Below, in pieces: positions 28,113-40,063 of a stretch of 64,000 bases of DNA (positions are counted from its first letter, which is position 1; each line of letters starts with the position of its first letter). The notes below the pieces were generated by a model that was not told the DNA's origin, did no database searches, and was given only the letters and a program-made list of their open reading frames with translations. Location: NCBI GenBank assembly GCA_023213395.1, contig CM041465.1, positions 194,749,741-194,813,740 of the forward strand, given 5' to 3'. The stretch comes from Cycas panzhihuaensis. Taxonomy: Eukaryota; Plantae; Cycadophyta. A program made the translations under genes and the position numbers.

Positions 28113-28545
28113 TACCAAGGTTGAGATACCTTGGTTGGAAGAATGCCGTGCTATAAAGGAGGTGTGGGTTTCAAGTTGGGACTGGACTAAACTAGAATAT
28201 TGTTGAGATTTGGTTAGCCATATCATCATGCCTCAATCAGGGATCATCCTGATAACCAACCAGGAAAACTAAAACTTTAGTATAAGATTAAAATATACCC
28301 AATCCAATATTCTTCATAGCCATGGGTATGCACGTACCACTCTTTAAAGGAGGTATATAGCTGCTCATTGGTGAACTGGGTGAGGATTGGGAGTACCTGG
28401 GCTTCGTTGTGACTTGGATTTCATCACCAAGCACAATTGCGGGTATCACGGGTGAAGGCCAACTTGATTCTACTAGAAGCCTAGGCATCCCTTCAACAAC
28501 CTCAACTACATGTTGGACACAAGTTAGAGGTTATTGGGTTGATTA
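28113..28545 (+). promoter_or_regulatory. Conserved structured-RNA candidate in the Copia A 5' leader
   Basis: Multiple hairpins are shared with 55125-55565 (-), including a compensatory stem swap; flanking leader sequence is much less similar. Function is inferred only. Confidence 0.6.
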
Positions 28546-28956
28546 TGCATCCTACATTTGAGTTTCAAGTTGTGTAAACCCAATGATGTTAGCTTCTACA
28601 CTGGCCTACAATCTTGTATATTGATCACTTACTTATTTGTAAAAAGTGATCCAGTGTAATAATAATCATAGTGCTTCTCATATTCCTGCTACGTTAGGTT
28701 AATATTTTCCACAAGTATTAGTGGCCAATATTTTTCATAGTATTTCTCATATTCCTGCTACGTCAGGTTAATATTTGTCACAAGTGTTGGTGACTTTTCT
28801 CTGAGTTTCTCCCTTCATCTTTGAGCAACCATTTTCACTTCTTCTTCCTTTTGCTACACTACTTCATTACATTTCCCATTTGTAAATAGTGATTGGTCAT
28901 TTATTGTGATCACTTTTATAGTCCCTTGTTCATTTCTTCCCTTCCAAAAAGATACC

Positions 28957-31900
28957 ATGTCTTCACAGTTCAAGCAAAACGTGAGCTGCATTCTAAAAGG
29001 GAAAGAAAATTGGGACATGTAGTTCACTGGTGTCAGAAATGCTATAAAGTATGAAGGTATATGGAGAGATCACTTGCAACCTACACCATCTGTTATAGTT
29101 ATAGCTACCTCAACTGCTTCTGGGGGAGTTGGTCCAACTGCTCCCACTGAAGCTGCAGCTAAACGCCAATGGGAACTTGATGATGATAAAATCCATGCAG
29201 GGATACTACTTGTCACTGATAATTCCCTGCATAATCTCATTAATGAAGTTATACATGATACAACATGGAAATTTCTTGGAGTTCTTAATAAGAACTTTGA
29301 CACTAAATTAGACTTAGAATTTGTTCACTTAGTGCTGAATATTAATAAATTAAAAATGTAGAAAGGACATGCAAGTGAGACAATCAATCTCCTTCGTCCA
29401 ATCAAGCAAGCCATTGATAAAGATTTTAAAACTCAATGCATTACATGGGATTTCTTGATTCATTAATGTCTCTATATCCCAGATTACAAAAATCTATTGG
29501 GAAGTCTTTAATCTAGTGGCACTTTGAAGACCCTAAACTTTGAGGATCTTACTGATAAGTTCATTGAATTTGATAAGAGCTTTGATACCAACTTTGCCAC
29601 TATATCAGATCTAGTTGATGCTGCTTTTGAAGTGGAAAAAGATATTTGTTATACCAAAAATCAAGGTCAATACTCTCATAGAGGTGGTAATTCTAGTGGA
29701 AGAGGAATAGGTAGACAACAAGGACAATGTCCTCTTAGTTAATAGGCTCCTCAACTCCAACAAAAATAGTCTCAAAGCTAAGGCCAAATAATCAACTTGG
29801 ACCTAGATCTAGTAATCTGAGATAATCCAACCAGCCTAATACTTGGACTGAAAATCAAATAATTATGTTCCAAAGGTGTAATAGAAGAGGACATTATGCC
29901 AAAAATTGTAGAACTGCCACCAACAAACTACCAAGTTATCAATAGTGCCATGGTACACATAATGTTGATAATACTTCTTTTAAAGATGCTTTTGGTGGAA
30001 CGCAATTTGCTCATGGATACCTTCAAAGAATTGGGACCACTTCATCAAATGCTATTTATAGATCCACTAAGTATATTAAGGCTCATTATGGTTATGCTTA
30101 TTCACTTTTGCCTTCACCACTTGGAGTTGTAAATAGTGCCACCTCAAATACTTCGTCGTGGATCATGGATACTGGAGCAACACAACACATGACTTGTCAT
30201 CGCTAGTTCTTTTAAGATTTTGACTCTGAAATTCATGGTGTTATACACATGGCTGACAAATCATCTCAATCAGTCAAAGGAATTGGAATTGTTTGCTTGA
30301 AACTTCCAGGCCTTCCATATTTTACACTTGTTGATGTTTTATATATTCCTATTCTGAAGCAGAATCTGCTCTCCTTGTCCATCCTTATCTCTCATTGATT
30401 TGATTTGAGTGTAATTGCAAACAATCAAACTCTGTGTGTCATTCACCCTCCTTCAAATATTGTAGTTATGACCAGAATTCTTAATGGCAAACTTTTTCGC
30501 CTAACTGGATCACCATCCTCTGAAGTCAATTATGTTGATGATGACTCTTCTTTTACCACAACCCTGACTCCTCAAAAGTTATCCCAAGCAGCCCTATGGC
30601 ATGATCATATGGGCTATATCAAAATTGATTATTCAAGAGAACTACAAACCACTTTTCCTGGTTTGCCTAGGCTCTCCTCTAAGCCCTTTAAATGTGAAGC
30701 ATGTATTATTACCAAATCTTAAAGACAACCCTTTCCTCGTAGTCAGTGAAAATCTAGCCAACCTTTGTAGATTGTACACTCAGATATATACGGTCCTATG
30801 CCCATCCCTTCTCTCAAATAGAAGTGGTACTATATTACTTTCATTGATGATTTTACTAAGAAAGTATGGGTTGCTTTTCTTGCAAAGAAAGATAAAGCTT
30901 TTTCTATGTTTCAAGCTTTCAAGGCCCGTGTGGAAAATGAATCTGGATTCAAGACCAAAATATTGAGGACTGACAATGGTGGTAAGTACACATCCAATGA
31001 GTTTGAATCATACCTACATCAACATGGAATCAAACATCAGACCACTGTTGTAGGTACACCCCAACAAAATGGAGTTACCGAGTGTATGAATAGGACCATC
31101 ATAAACATGGCTCATGCTATGATGGTATATAAGAATGTCCCTATCTATCTTTAGGCTGAGGCTAGCTAGACTGCTGTCTATTGCATCAACACTGTTAACC
31201 TCTCCAAGCTCAACCCTTCTCCATATAAAATGTGGTATGGACAAACCTCCTCTATCTCCCACTTTAGAAAATTTGGCTCTACTTGTTATGCTCATATTAT
31301 GGAGGAATATAGAAATAAGCACCAAGATAGAGCCATCAAACGGATCTTTGTCAGATACCCTATGGACAAAAAGGGATATAAGGTTTTTATACCTTTACAG
31401 TGTAAAATCATCATCACTAGAGATGTTATCTTTGTAGAGACTGAAGATTAATTACTCAGACTTGACTCCAAGATGCCTTCATACCAATTTAATGATGCTA
31501 CTAAATTTGATGTCTAGATTCCAAAAGTTATGGGGGGAGATGCTCAAAAGTTGCTGAAAATCTTGGAATTTGATAATAGATCCTTAGAGGATATAAGTTA
31601 TGACTCCTATCCAATGTGTATACATTTAGCACCATCATTTGTAAACAACCAAGTTGACAAAGGCAAAGCCATAGTAGAAGGATCATCTTCTCCAATATTT
31701 GTGGCTGGCCCATCTTCTCTAGCATCGTCAACTTCCTCCATGTCAAACATTTCACATGATCCTTTTCAGGATCAAAACGAAGACTAAGAGGCTGTGGAAA
31801 TGAAAACCTCATTCCCAACTTGAGGTTTTCGTGAAGCCTATTAGCTACATAAGGATATGCAACCAGATGAGGTAGGCAAAATTAACACTAGAAGTGCCCA

Positions 31901-33093
31901 TAGAGTAAGGATACATGAATCATTTTCCGTTGAGCTTGAACCAGCAGAATTGCACCTTGCTCTTAATGAAAAGCCCCTAACATACCAAGAAGTTGTAAAG
32001 CATGTATCTTGGAGAAATGCCATAAATGAAGAGTACCAATCTCTTATCAAGAATGGTACATGGGAGCTTGTTGATCTACCAATAGGAAGAAAGGTAGTTC
32101 AAAATAAATGGGTGTTCAAAAATAAGTACAGATCATATGGCACCATAGAAAAACATAAGGCAAGGTTGGTAACAAAAGGATTCACGTAAAGGGAAGGCAT
32201 CAACTACACTGAAATCTTTGCTCCTATAACCAAGTGGCCTACAATCAGAACTCTTATAGCCTTAGCTACTCAACAGGGTTAGAAAATCCACCAACTTGAT
32301 GTTAAGACCACATTTCTCAATGGGGACCTTAAAGAAGAAATTTACATGGCTCATCCAGAAGGATACGAGATTGTCGGTCAGGAGGATAAGGTTTTCAAGC
32401 TCAAAAAGTCCTTGTACGGCCTAAAATAAGCCCCTCGTGCTTGGTTTACCAAGTTGTCTGAAAGAATGAGGTAACTTGGATATGTGGTTTGTGACTATCA
32501 AGATATTGATGCAACATTATTCATCAAGTGCCAAAATGACAAAGTCACTTACCTCTTAATCTTTGTAGATGACATGCTAATAATGGGAACTAGTGAATAG
32601 GTAATCAGTGAGCTAAAGAAGGACCTTGCTAAAACTTTTGAATTATCTGACCTCGGGTTGATGAAATATTACTTGGGAATTGAAGTAACTCAAAAGAATA
32701 GAAAGTTTTTTCTCTCCCAAGAAAAATATATCAATAATCTTCTGATAAAGTTTCAGTTGGAAGGTGCTTGACTAATGGATACACCTATGCATCCTAATAT
32801 TAAACTTTCAGCTGATGGTGACATTAGGGAGGCAGACACAACACTTTATAGGTAACTTGTAGGTAGTCTCATCTACAGTACCAACATGAGGCTAGATATT
32901 GCACACTCTATTGGTATTCTTGCAAGATTCATAACAAATCCTAAGCGTAATCACTGACGAGCTATAATATGAGTGTTGAGGTACCTAAAGACGACCAACA
33001 AATATGGTCTGTTGTATGAACCCAATGTAGAATTTAAACTTTATGCATACACATACTCAGACTTTGCCAGAGATAAAGACATAAGAAGATCTA
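28957..33093 (+). pseudogene. Copia A gag-pol (gag, CCHC knuckle, PR, INT, RT, start of RNase H), disrupted
   Basis: MSSQFKQNVSCILKGKENW start; C.RCNRRGHYAKNC knuckle; WIMDTGATQHM; LWHDHMG..CEACI; LRTDNGGKY..TPQQNG; [12 protein letters not shown]; LIFVDDML. Many TAG/TAA/TGA at W/Q/R positions. Confidence 0.93.
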
Positions 33094-33718
33094 TGGAGTT
33101 AGCTTTAGCATTTTGGGTACTTAGAATGTGTAACAGTTAGAAATTATAATAATGGGATAGTAACCTTGTTGAGTAGAGAACACAAAAGGATTAAATGAGT
33201 CTAATAAAAATAAGTAAGTTGGTAGACTATGAGTATCTGAGAATAAGTTGATAGGTCTAGTATGAAAGGCTAGATACTCAACTTCATTATTAATTACTTA
33301 AGGGATAAAAAAATTAGCACTAGTGAGGATAGTTCCCCTATGATCATGGATAACCTAAGATGCAACAAATACTCTTGGGTTTCCTCAACTCCTACTATTG
33401 ATATAGATGTTCAAGGCCATAATGGGAAAGAATATAAACTTAGAGACAAGTTGATAAATAGAGTGAAAGTGTGAGAATTAATTGCCAAGGATGTGACTTA
33501 GCCTCAATGTAAATAGGGGCTTCATCGTTTGGTTTCATCATTATAACCACATTTTTCCAAGTTAAAGTATATCCTTCTAAAGGTTGAATAGGTTTTAATC
33601 ATAATTGAGGTCACAATGGGCCAAAGTAATTGGATCCAAAACTCCTAGATAATGCACATAACTAGATCCAAACTTCATGATGAAGGTGGGGATGAAGTTG
33701 ACACATGACATGCCTAGG

Positions 33719-33880
33719 ATTCCAAGAGGATGTTAATAACTATATACAACTATTATAGACATGAATTTTCTTCTCTCTCTCTCTCTCTTTATATATATAT
33801 ATATATATAAAGAGAGAGAGAGAGAGAAGAAAATTCATGTCTATAATAGTTGTATATAGTTATTAACATCCTCTTGGAAT
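33719..33880. repeat. Perfect 162-bp palindrome centred on (CT)8-TT-(AT)9-AA-(AG)8
   Basis: ATTCCAAGAGG...GAATTTTC is exactly reverse-complemented by GAAAATTC...CCTCTTGGAAT; I found no mismatch. Confidence 0.97.
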
Positions 33881-34427
33881 ATATATAGGAAGGAGGTCAC
33901 TCTTTTACAATAGTTTAGATGAGGGTCATGGTGAACCTCACATTGTTGAACTTGCTTTTTAGATGACTCATCTCATCTACTCTCATACTTTTAAGAAACA
34001 TGTGAGTATGACCCTCATACAATCTTCATCAAGATGTAGTGGATGGGGTTAACTAAAATCTTAGAAGAGTATAGTCATAATTAGCCAAACCATGAGGGAT
34101 TAGGGTCTAAGTAGATATAGGTGATAAGAAGACTAAAGTCACACCCTTGAGAGAAGAACTGCAAGTATTTATAGGATGTTTGATCAAAGTGTCTCTAGGG
34201 GGTAGAGGGAGAGGTCTTAAACCACTAATTATCAAGGAGTAGGAGAGGTATTGCCAATGGAGTTTGCTTTAGTATTAGGTACCTAATAAACCATGTAGGA
34301 AGTTAGATTTGTTTCTCTTATAGTTGTCATAGCTAATTAGTAGTTATTTATATATAATTAATTTATGAAATTAATCTTAACTAACTATTTGTATTCTTTA
34401 TTATAATATGGCTACACTCAATTCCCC

Positions 34428-34505
34428 TTGATTGCACTTGGTTGCACTCTAGGTTGTACTTGGTTACACTCGGTCATAGTCTATGTTATACCTAGTCATA
34501 CTTGA
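34428..34505. repeat. Degenerate ~10-bp minisatellite (GTTRCACTYG-like)
   Basis: TTGCACTTGG TTGCACTCTAGG TTGTACTTGG TTACACTCGG TCATAGTC.. TTATACCTAG TCATACTTG in the D 3' region. Confidence 0.65.
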
Positions 34506-37500
34506 TCTAAAGGAAAGGAGGTTATATACTAAATAGGGAAGTTGACTAGTTGTACCAATCACTAAAGACCATTATGTTGAGCTAAGTTAGGGGGAGGCAA
34601 AAGCCAAGGAGGATTTATGAAGAAAAAGGGAATAACATAAGTACATATTTTTGTTGTTTTATAGTTTTAAAACTTTTATTTTTTTTTGGTAATAATGTAT
34701 CTATGCTTAGTTTACACTCACTTTCAGAGTGATACTCCATAAGCATGAACCTTGGGAGAAGTGAAATGTTTAGCCTACTATAGTTTAGGCTTCTTAGTAG
34801 GAGGGTTTTAGGAGCCATAGTTTATACTCATTATAGAGTGAGATCAAGCATAATACTTCCTCAAAAATTGAGAATTCATGGATTTTGAAATTCAAGCCCA
34901 CCCAGGGTGGAGAGATGATAAGCTCCATTATTTAGATCTTTGATGACTAAAAAGGGGCCTACCCACTTAGAATCAAATTTCTATTATTCTTCATATAGAT
35001 ATTCAAGTTTAACTACTTTATCTCCTATGTGAAATTTCCTTAGTCTCAAATGTTGATCATGAGTTACTTGAGTATAATGTTTTGAGGCTAAGTTCTTTTG
35101 ATAGGTATCAAAGTAGGTTTTATCCATTTTCTTAAGCTCTAAAAGTCTTGCTTATCTTAGCCATTCTTTATCAGTGAAGTGTTTAAGTGATATCCTAAGT
35201 GAGGGAATTTCTATCTCTAGTGGGAGTACAACTTCAATCATGTAGATTAATGAGAAAGGAGTCATGCTTATTATGTTTTAGATTGAAGTGTAGTAGGCCC
35301 ATAAGGTAGGGAAAAGTTGAATATGCCAATCTCGTTAAGAGGTGGCAACTATTTTGGCCAAAATCTTTGTTAAGGTTTTATTAAAGGCTTTGATTTGGCT
35401 ATTAACCTGTGGGTGATAAGTAGATGATGTCCTATGGGTGATATGAAACTAGTTGTAAAGTTCATCTACCTAGGAATTACAAAATAAAGATCTATTATCA
35501 GTGATGATGATATTAGGGATTCCAACTTGACAAATGATATGCTGAAAAATGAAGGTGGCAACTACTTTCCTAGTGGTATGGGTCAAGTGACTTGCCTCAC
35601 TTTATTTTGTAAAATACTTAGTTGTGGTCTAAATGAGTTTGTGTCTGATAGAAGATGGGGGATAAATTTAACCAATAGGGTCAAGACCCTATTGAAAAAA
35701 TAGTTAAGGGGCTAGGATTGATTTGAGCAAGGTGGTTAGTTAATGGATTAGAGAAGAGTGTGCTTGGCATTTTTTACATATCTATATATATGAATGCATA
35801 TCTTTAAATAGGGATGGCTAATAATAACCCATCTAAAGAATTGAAAGGGTTGATGATTGACCACTAAAATGATCATCATAAATGCCATCATGGTATTTTG
35901 TGAGGATGACTTGGGCTTCTAAAGGTGAAAGACATCTTAATAAGTTTTTGTCAAAGGATCATTTGTATAACATGTCATCCAAGAGAAGATATTAATGAGA
36001 AGAGGCTGTTACTCTTTTTCATTTCTTGGAATCAACATTAGGGGGATATGCTTGATCCATTAGATAAACTCTAATGTCATTATATCATTCATGATCAATG
36101 GGGGCTGTGTTAACTTGTAGAATATGTTCATTTAGGAGCAAGTCATTGACATTAGTGGAATTATTATTAGGGAGTGGCATTATAGCTAATTTGTTGATAA
36201 CAACCATTCCCTTATTTGATTTCTAGTTAACTACTCTTAATTTGAACTCTTATAAGAGAAGAGTCCATTTACTAGCCCATCCTATTAAGTTTATCTAGGT
36301 GATTAGAAGGTGAATTGGATCAGATTAGGTGATAACAAGAGTAGTATTACTTAACAAGTAATGTCATAACTTCTTAGTAGTATAAACCAAGGCCAAACAT
36401 TCTTTCTTAGATAAGGAGTAATTAAGTTCAATGGTTACCAAGGTGTGACCAATGAAATAGATAACACATTCTTTGGCAAATTCATCTTCTTGAGCTAACA
36501 TGGCACCCAAATATTCTTTTATGGAGGAAGTATAGAGAATAAATAGTTTATTAAAGCTAGGTAGAGAAAGGATAAGAGATGAAATGAGAGCTTGTTTAAG
36601 CTTGTCAAAAGACTCTTGAGTCTCTAGGATCCATCTAATAGGGACACTTTTCTTAAGAAGGTTGGCTAAGGGTTTAACATTCAAAGTGAAGTTAGTAAGG
36701 AATATTCTTAAAAAGGCAAGTCTACCTAAGAAGAATTGACTTATTATTTAGCGCAAGGAGGTGGCATATCAACAATGACTGTCACTTTATTTGGGTCCAC
36801 TTTGATATCATCTATGGACATAATGTTATTTAGTATTTTCTAGAGGTGACTATAAAAATGTTAAAATGTCAGAATCTTTATATGTGTACCCTAATTCAAG
36901 TATAATGAGTAATATAATAATAAATAATTAACATAACATGGAAATGAACTTAACATAATAAGTAGGCAAGATTATGGGTGAATTTATCACTCCATAGGCT
37001 CTCTATTGGGCAGGGCTTTTGCATTAATCATAGAACCATATATTATACAAATATGCAAGGCAATATTTATAGCCATTCACCAAGATAATAATGCATTTTG
37101 ATAAGTTGACTTAACATCATAAGATGTGGACTTGACCTCACTATACAAACTCATTAAATTACATCAAAGAGTCCTTTAGTATAATATGTACAGTAAGATA
37201 TATAACTAAGAAGAAATGAGATGCTATTAGTTATTTTAACAACCCCCCTTAATAGTAGATTTATTTCTTTGGATGCCGAGGTCAAATCTAAACCATTCAA
37301 GTTTTAGTTTACTAAGTGATTTAGTGAAGATGTCTATAACCTAGTCTTCAATAGGATGATAGACGAGATTAGCTTCTTTATTCTAGATATGCTCATAAAT
37401 GAAGTGATGATGGACCTCAATGTGCTTGGTTCTAGCATTGAATATATGATTCTTTGTCATCTTCAACACACTCTAGTTGTCATAATATAGGATGGTTAGT

Positions 37501-37509
37501 GAAGTCTGT

Positions 37510-40063
37510 TGAAACGCTGCCCACGGGGTGGTTCCTACGTTTAGCAAGAAATGAGTTGGGTTAAATGGCAAGGACCCACCTCGCAGGGTGTCCGTGCACC
37601 AGAGCTTGGATTCGGGACCTACAAAGGTGCCTGGTTGCTTCTAGGTAGTCACAAAAGGCGAGGCCTTCTTACCCCTTGGATGGCCAGGAAGAGGAGGAAA
37701 GGGCCTAGCAGGTTGCATCTTCTTAAGGAGGTGAGAAGGCAACACGTGAGTGAGATGTGCGTATGACGTAGTGTCTATGTGTAGGCTGGTTAAGAGAGCA
37801 AGGTATGAGTAGCTCTAGCTTGAAAGGGACTATCTAAGTGTAATAGATTAACTGCTAAATAAAAGATACGTAAAGTGCAAGTATGCGTTCTTTTCTTCTT
37901 TTCAGTTTCCTATGTGTTTCTTAACATGCATGCACAAGCATAAGGAACAACGTTATAAGGAAGGGACGAAAAGAGGAGAGGAATACCTGGACCGGTGTCT
38001 GAACGGAGTGCTACATGTCTCGTTGCCTCCTGTGCCTTCCCGCTCCACTTGTTGCATACGTGAAACTGATCGGTGACAGTTGCTATGAACAACTAAAGAG
38101 GGGCTAGCTTACCTCCCCAATGTATACAAAAAAGTGAAACAACAAATGAAGGAAAATAACAGAAAAATAACACATACGAAATTAACCTACAAATGGGCTC
38201 ATTTTATGCACAACTCCACAAACACGAGATCCTGTCCATCAAACAAACAGGTTTCTCCCTCTTGGAAGAGGGGCCACAAAATAACTCTAATATATATGCC
38301 TAAACTTAAAAGGAATGGAATCAAACTAAATCAAGCATATACATATTATTCAATGAAACAACTCCAATAAGATTTCCACAAATAGTCATCTCAACCGATA
38401 CCCAAAACAAGAGAGTAGCATCAGAATGGCTAACTCACCCACGGGAGGTCTCCATGTGGCCTCGGGGAAGGAAAATGGACCTGCAACAATAACGTAGGGC
38501 ATCAAACAACAGAAAGGAAAAAGTAACGGGAAGGTATGCAAGCACACCCAAAGGATGAGGTGCTATGAGCAACAAATCGTCCAAGTGGATGGGTTGCAAG
38601 TTGTAAGCCAGCGAAGAGTGCTTTTGGGGCTTATGAGGTGCCTAAAACTAGTGAATAAGGGGCTGGAACTAGCATGGCAAGGGGCTACCAACACTGGTTT
38701 AGACTTGAGGAATAAGTTCCTAAGTCTCTGGCCAAACTCTAAGGGAGGCAATAGGTGCAGGGGGAAAGGAAATAAGGGTTTGGACCCTTGGGGAGAAGGT
38801 CTGCAAGGGGGACTAGCCCCACCTTTCTCCCTCAAATTTCCTTTATGTCACCCCCTTTGCACAGCCACCTTAAGGCAGGCTTACAAGACACTAAGGAGAA
38901 GCACTAAGCACTCAAATCTAAAGATCTAGTACTAAACTAGGTAGAGAATCAAGAAAGTAAATGAAACAAGCCTTTATTCATAAAAACTGTAAGAAAATAA
39001 CATAAATTACAAGGCAAACAAGTAGGGTACCTTGTAGCAAAGAAGAGGAATGTGTATTTACTAGAAAACAGTAGAAAAACCCTGTACTTAGCAAGGTTTG
39101 ATGGCAGGTTCTGAGGAGGAGACCAATGTGAGAGAAAACCCTGCGATTTGGGACCTTTGGAGTTTATTCTTGGAAAAATCTTGAGAAGTATCCTTCCTGC
39201 CACTATATGCGCCTGCAAAAAGATGTGTGGAGCTGCTGGTCTTGAGCATGAGAGACAACAATAGCCTCTGTATGAAGAGCAGCAGCTGAAAGTCTCTGTT
39301 CTGCAGTAGTTTGGTGAAAGATTGGTAGAGTTGCATGTAAAAATGAGCCAAGAAGAATGAAAAATGAAGAGCCTCTTTGGTTTTATTCCCTGCAGATCCT
39401 AAGTGAATGTTGGGGGTCTCAGGGAAGTTGAAACACGTGGACGCCACATGGCAGTTCCACGGAAAGAGCGAATCACGCATGATTTTAAAAACTTTTCAAC
39501 AGGTTCACGGTAAACTTCATGCAGATCATAAGAAAGATCGCGATACCGCTAAGTTTACAGCGATACAAGCCTGGAAACAAAAATAAAGCCAAAACAGGGG
39601 TTTGGAGCTAAATAAAGAGTAAGTCAAGGCTAGAAATAGCTGGGGTTAGTACCCAAGTGGCTAACAAGTGGCTAGGAAAGAGAACCGGGTCTCAACCAAG
39701 GATTCAATCGTACTTGGGAGAAATTAAAACATGAATAGGGCATCGTCAAAAGGCAAAACACAACTGGCTAGGGTGTCCCGAGGGGCTGTGGAGATGATGT
39801 GGGTGGCTGTATGCCATATGGGGTGTAGCATTTACTAAAGAATGCCCCCACTGTGGGTCATCATAGGCTGAAAGGCGTGCAGTAAGCACATGCAGTGTGA
39901 TCAAGTAAAGAGGCAATGCAATCATGTAAATGGCATGCAAACATGCGTTAGGCAATCTATTCTAAACAACCTCGGTCAAGCAAGAGCAGAGAGAAGCACG
40001 AACATATACCTGAGCTTACCTGAGTCGATGCGTCTCGAGTCCATTCCCGGTAGCTAGGAAACA
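37510..40063. mobile_element. 2.55-kb solo-LTR-like insertion in the RNase H of Copia C
   Basis: TG..CA termini; TSD TCTGT (37505-09) / TCTGC (40064-68). Excision restores WLRRILTKLGLRQTSLTILYYDN in frame. Higher GC and many intact CpGs; no retroelement coding domains seen. Confidence 0.88.

Larger units (their letters stand above)
26610..33095 (+). mobile_element. Ty1/copia element A (same family as B), 3'-truncated at the start of RNase H
   Basis: 5' LTR 26610-26907 (TGAAAAG..CTTTTCA) resembles the B LTR; PBS TGGTATCAGAG at 26910-26920; ~2-kb leader; gag-pol from 28957. Coding similarity ends at YSDFARDKDIRRS (~33093). No PPT or 3' LTR. Confidence 0.93.

Noticed and set aside
28246-28272. 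CCTGATAA..GGAAAAC as a hammerhead ribozyme core
   Set aside because: It lacks the CUGANGA consensus in both A and B, and CCTGAT is paired in a local hairpin; no three-way junction could be built.
28288-28488. Antisense small ORF (VLGDEIQVT..YSQSSPSSP..YIPPLKS) also present at 55132-55356
   Set aside because: The two ORFs differ in start and frame outside the core because of frame-breaking indels. The shared peptide is better explained by nucleotide-level (RNA structure) conservation.
37551-39955. Several 60-130 aa ORFs inside the solo LTR
   Set aside because: They overlap on both strands, have no recognisable domains, and are expected by chance in GC-richer sequence.
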